Source: the human T2T-CHM13v2.0 reference genome, Homo sapiens
Reading direction: 5' to 3' (one strand)
Assembly: GCF_009914755.1 (NCBI RefSeq)
Contig: NC_060947.1
Length of the DNA: 64,000 bases
In this document: positions 63,000 to 64,000 of the stretch, piece after piece
How the letters are laid out: each line of letters opens with the position of its first letter
Position numbering within the stretch: the first letter of the stretch is position 1
Notes under the pieces: model-generated
Seen by the model: only the letters and a program-made list of their open reading frames with translations
What the model was told of the DNA's origin: nothing
The model's database searches: none
Program-made: the position numbers and the translations under genes

Positions 63000-63190
63000 G
63001 TTGCATTTAATCCTCCCAGCAATCCTAACATGAATATATATTATTAAATGTATTTTAGAGGTTAGGAGACTGAAGCTCAGAAATGTTAAGTAACTTACAA
63101 ATTTATATATCTAGGAAAAAAGCAAAGCTGGGATTGGAATATAGACGGTTTGACTCCAAAGCCTTGTATTCTTTTCATTATAATGAACTG
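63000..63190 (-). mobile_element. MIR fragment
   Basis: atttaatcctcccagcaatcct...actgaagctcagaaatgttaagtaactt...tgactccaaagcc. Confidence 0.75.
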
Positions 63191-63363
63191 CTTTCTATAA
63201 GAATGCATGATATTATCTATTACTAGTCTCTAACTATCAATTTACTGAACATAGGACATTTCTGTGAAAGAACCCAATCACTTCTCCCTTAAATTGGCTA
63301 AGGGTTTTGTTGTTTATTTCACCTAATTGATTTTGAATGAAAACTTGAGAAATCAGCCTAGGA

Positions 63364-63549
63364 CAATGGTTCTCAAAGTGTAGTCCATGAAATAGCAGTA
63401 TCAACATTACCTGGAAATATTTTGGAAATGAAAATTCTCAGGACGTACTCCAGACCTACCTCACTGAACCACTGAGGGTGGACCCAGAAATTTGTGTTTT
63501 AATAAAACCCCTAGTGATTCTGATGTATACTCAAGTTTGAGAACTCCTG
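63364..63549. mobile_element. MER5A DNA transposon
   Basis: TIRs caatggttctcaaa / tttgagaactcctg, ~186 bp. Confidence 0.85.
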
Positions 63550-64000
63550 CTTTCTAGACTATCTCCAATTTAATGCCAAGATGTAAACCAGTCATCTTAC
63601 CAGAGAGTGATAGCTTAGAAGGGGTTTATTCAATTGTTTCTCTTGATTAAAATCCAACAATGGAACAAAATTAGATATATTTTCTCAAAATAAGATCAGC
63701 CTTCATTTGAGAGAATCTCCATTCAGAGTAGTGGCTATTTGTCTCACAAACTCTCACAAAAATATCTGACCCTACTACCTTCCCCATGGAAAAAATATCC
63801 CTAAAGGGTCATGTATCAACTTTCTTTACATTTAAATGTGTAGAATAACTTACTGTTTCAAGTAATTTACTTAACTAAATAAATACTTAATTTTCTTCAT
63901 CGTGCCCTATCCCACCTATTACATCAGAGAACAAAAGTTTCTCTGTGGCTTTTGGCATCAAATTGCAACTACATGGATTGGTTTTCCAGACATAACACCC

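Overview
Primate (human-like) AT-rich, non-coding genomic DNA dominated by retroelements. The long ORFs in the track are fragments of LINE-1 ORF1/ORF2, and the rest are Alu/LTR-derived or spurious. I found no host protein-coding exon, RNA gene or CRISPR array. A ~30 kb block (14153-44280) is a continuous nest of L1MA, L1PB, L1PA8A, L1PA4, L1P4-like, THE1 and MST elements. It is flanked by an Alu-L1PA7 composite carrying a MER11 solo LTR (1538-5833) and a full-length L1PA7 (54212-61070). Old L2, MIR, MLT1 and MER5/Tigger relics fill much of the remainder. I cannot support a new multi-gene biological system here. The notable signals are mechanistic scars: an Alu-L1 chimera inside one TSD pair, a 142-bp local copy pasted into a TA-rich array, two fold-back/template-switch scars, a 5'-inverted L1 forming a 2-kb inverted repeat with its host, and one candidate non-coding exon/promoter. 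Subfamily names come from recalled consensus diagnostics, not from a RepeatMasker run.
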